Source: an uncultured bacterium (GTDB lineage: Bacteria > Abyssobacteria > SURF-5). From it: a stretch of DNA of 64,000 nucleotides. Below are positions 61,991 through 64,000 of this stretch, piece after piece (position 1 is the stretch's first letter; every line of letters begins with the position of its first letter). The stretch is from the NCBI GenBank assembly GCA_964450145.1, contig CAYVDS010000002.1, forward strand, positions 9,978-73,977, read 5' to 3'. A model generated the notes under the pieces. That model made no database searches and was not told the origin of the DNA. It worked only from the letters and a program-made list of their open reading frames with translations. The position numbers were made by a program, and so were the translations under genes.

Positions 61991-63328
61991 ATGCTGTCCA
62001 ATCCAAAATCTAAAATCCAAAATCTAGAATGTGGTACCATTTCTCTCTGCATGATCGTCCGCAACGAGGAGCGCTTTCTGGCCGATTGTCTGAGAAGCGT
62101 GCGCGGAGTAGTTGACGAAATAGTCGTCATAGACACGGGCTCGTGTGACGCGACACCTCGTATCGGAGCCGATTTCGGGGCGCGCGTGCTGCCATTTGAA
62201 TGGAACGACGACTTCAGCGCGGCGCGAAATCATTCGGTTCAAAACGCGCGCGGCGACTGGATACTCATTCTCGATGCCGACGAGGTCATCGCACAACGCG
62301 ACAAATCGAAAATCCTGAGCCTCGCGCAAGGCGATGCCGACGGGTACCTGTTCACATATCGCAACTATTCTCAGAACAGTCACGATATTCGCTGGGTAGC
62401 CAACGACGGGTCATATACCGAAGCCGATGGGTGGGATGGATGGATTCCCGGCCAGGTTGTCCGTATGTTCAGGCGCGACGGCCGCATCCGCTTTCTTGGC
62501 GCGGTGCATGAGAGGGTGGACCAGTCGATTCGCCGTTTCGGAGGAAGAATCGCCGAGACGGACATCATCGTCCACCATTTTCATGAGAAAAAGGGGGAAC
62601 AGCGACTCCGGGAGAAACAGCTCTCGTATTTGCGTCTCTGCGAGAGAAGCATGGTAAAGTGTCCGAACGACCCTAAGACCCACTTCGACATGGGGCTCGT
62701 TTACAGACATGTGCTCAAGGATTTTCCAAAAGCGATTTCGCACCAGGAACAGGCTGTCCGGCTCAGACCCGATTTTGAAGATGCCCATACCGAACTTGCC
62801 CTCCTCTACCATCTCACCAATGATACGACGAATGCCGCTAAGGAAATCTCCATTCTTCTCCGCCACAACCCTGGACACGCGCCCGCGCTGGTTTTGTGTG
62901 GTATAATCTTTGAGAGACGCGGAAGGCCTGAGCGCGCCATCGAGTGTTACGAGCGCGCGCTCAAGGCGAACCCGAATCTCGTTGATGCGCGCCTGAATCT
63001 TGGAACACTGTATCTTAAGAAAAGCGACGCAGCGCGAGCGCGCATAGAATTGGAGGAGGCTCTCCGGGTCAATCCGTCGAATCCGCGGGCGCTCCTGAAT
63101 CTTGGGGCGCTCGAACTGCGCCAGGGCAACGATACGGCTGCGGAGACCCTGTTGCGCAAAGCGCTTGAAAAATCGCCTGAGAGCGCACTCGCGTGGAGCA
63201 ATATGGGCGTGGTGTACGCGCGCACAGGCCGAAACGAGCAGGCGCGCGAAGCCTTCGCGAAAGCCGTTGCGCTTGAGCCCTCCCGCGAGGATGTCCGCCG
63301 CAATCTCGAGGCCAGTTGTCGCTCGTAG
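61991..63328 (+). CDS. GT2 GT-A domain + TPR glycosyltransferase (fourth paralogous module, 445 aa)
   Basis: ISLCMIVRNEERFL..VIDTGSCDAT..FSAARN..LDADE, followed by TPR repeats (PDFEDAHTELALLY, NPNLVDARLNLGTLY, NPSNPRALLNLGAL). Confidence 0.88.
   Translation: MLSNPKSKIQNLECGTISLCMIVRNEERFLADCLRSVRGVVDEIVVIDTGSCDATPRIGADFGARVLPFEWNDDFSAARNHSVQNARGDWILILDADEVIAQRDKSKILSLAQGDADGYLFTYRNYSQNSHDIRWVANDGSYTEADGWDGWIPGQVVRMFRRDGRIRFLGAVHERVDQSIRRFGGRIAETDIIVHHFHEKKGEQRLREKQLSYLRLCERSMVKCPNDPKTHFDMGLVYRHVLKDFPKAISHQEQAVRLRPDFEDAHTELALLYHLTNDTTNAAKEISILLRHNPGHAPALVLCGIIFERRGRPERAIECYERALKANPNLVDARLNLGTLYLKKSDAARARIELEEALRVNPSNPRALLNLGALELRQGNDTAAETLLRKALEKSPESALAWSNMGVVYARTGRNEQAREAFAKAVALEPSREDVRRNLEASCRS
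62000..62027. repeat. Heptad-periodic array, 4 units (aatccaa aatctaa aatccaa aatctag) inside the first 12 codons of the CDS
   Basis: Read directly, translated as SNPKSKIQNLE. The same flavour occurs at 63617-63637. Confidence 0.7.
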
Positions 63329-63616
63329 GCGCCAAGAGGTATTCTTAACTGCAGATTCACGCAGGCGAACGCAGCGCGGCCAAGGCCGCAACCAAAAAGA
63401 AGAAGAAACTCTGGGAACACGAATGTTACAAATGGAAAAGCGAATGCACGAATCCATTTCAGAATACGGAGTTATATACATAATATTCTTGAAAATCACG
63501 ACAAAAATTCAAGACATTAACAGTGAGTAGTGCGGTGAGTATTGACTTATAAGTCTTTCCTCTGCGATCCTCCGCGGCCTTTGCGGTTCAGTTTTTCTTA
63601 TTTTGGGCAGCAGTGA

Positions 63617-63637
63617 TCTAAAATCCGAAATCCAAAA
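63617..63637. repeat. Heptad-periodic array, 3 units (atctaaa tccgaaa tccaaaa)
   Basis: Read directly, 8 nt upstream of the ATG at 63645. Confidence 0.6.
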
Positions 63638-63644
63638 CAAAGCT

Positions 63645-64000
63645 ATGGCGGCGCGCACCGATAATGAGAAGTTAGCCCCGCTGTTTGACGGCCCTCGCGC
63701 CGTCCGCCTCGAGGAGCACGCTTCCGCTCTGCGGCTGCTGAACTCCGTGTTGCGGCCCGAGAGCCCTCCCTCCATCCTGCAAGAATACCCGCTTGTCCTC
63801 GGAAAAGAAAACATCGAGAACATGCGTGTGATTATAAAGGGCAACGAGGTCGTCGCTCATGCTGCCATCTATTTTTCGTATTTGCGCTCCGGTAGTCTTC
63901 GATTCAAAGTCGGCGGCGTCGGCTCGGTGGCGACACATCCTGAGTACCAGGGTCAAGGGTTAGGCAGCGCGGTCGTGCGAGACTGCACACGTATCATGCG
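63645..64000 (+). CDS. GNAT-family N-acetyltransferase (N-terminal part; runs off the right edge)
   Basis: Not in the ORF track because there is no stop. My translation is MAARTDNEKLAPLFDGPRAVRLEEHASALRLLNSVLRPESPPSILQEYPLVLGKENIENMRVIIKGNEVVAHAAIYFSYLRSGSLRFKVGGVGSVATHPEYQGQGLGSAVVRDC. It contains the acetyl-CoA motif A (V.T.P.YQGQGLG). Confidence 0.75.
   Translation, partial: MAARTDNEKLAPLFDGPRAVRLEEHASALRLLNSVLRPESPPSILQEYPLVLGKENIENMRVIIKGNEVVAHAAIYFSYLRSGSLRFKVGGVGSVATHPEYQGQGLGSAVVRDCTRIM

Noticed and set aside
63394-63558. AT-rich ~165-nt island between the last GT2-TPR gene and the GNAT gene, considered as a small RNA or foreign insert
   Set aside because: I could find no convincing promoter/terminator pair, hairpin or ORF by eye. 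It is flanked by R6-like motifs and may just be promoter DNA for the GNAT gene.
8448-63637. Considered whether the short tandem arrays could be CRISPR arrays or microsatellite assembly artefacts
   Set aside because: The units are 7 nt with no spacers and at most about 14 units, so they are not CRISPR. The arrays are imperfect, locus-specific and precisely positioned before SD sites, which argues against random assembly artefacts. Read-level confirmation is still needed.
1-64000. Searched for tRNA, rRNA, tmRNA, transposase, integrase, toxin-antitoxin or known defence genes
   Set aside because: None was recognisable in any frame or intergenic region. The interspersed repeats are non-autonomous (no associated transposase in the window).

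Overview
This 64-kb window looks like a chromosomal segment of an uncultivated, flagellated bacterium. I saw no rRNA, tRNA, CRISPR array, transposase or integrase. Most genes are housekeeping and are well supported by the translated ORFs. Left to right: a MerR regulator (partial, left edge; missing from the ORF track); a parvulin PPIase; a four-gene two-component cluster; pcm; uvrA; three large polytopic GT-C-like membrane proteins; a gshA-like ligase operon; an XRE-cupin regulator; a four-gene 2-oxoacid:ferredoxin oxidoreductase operon whose delta subunit is fused to a GltD-like flavoprotein; a GH57-like protein; DUF1847; a cold-shock gene; an ADP-forming acyl-CoA synthetase alpha-like gene; CIRCE-hrcA-grpE-dnaK-dnaJ-rsmE-mtaB; HIT; NIF3; dnaG-rpoD; a C45 peptidase-TPR protein; and the late flagellar operon fliC-flaG-fliD-fliS. 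Four observations stand out. (1) fliC is flanked by a TPST-like sulfotransferase and, divergently, by a second sigma-28-type promoter. That promoter drives four GT2-TPR glycosyltransferase modules (three fused in one 1192-aa ORF) plus a GNAT, which makes this a candidate flagellin sulfation/glycosylation system. (2) At least 13 short tandem arrays with an exact 7-nt period sit mostly just upstream of Shine-Dalgarno sites. (3) At least six families of palindromic interspersed repeats fill the intergenic regions. Three copies are translated in-frame inside CDSs, and several supply stop codons or C-terminal tails. (4) In the two-component cluster, two of the three DHp domains lack the phospho-acceptor histidine. 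All functional calls rest on motif recognition from the translations; no database search was possible.
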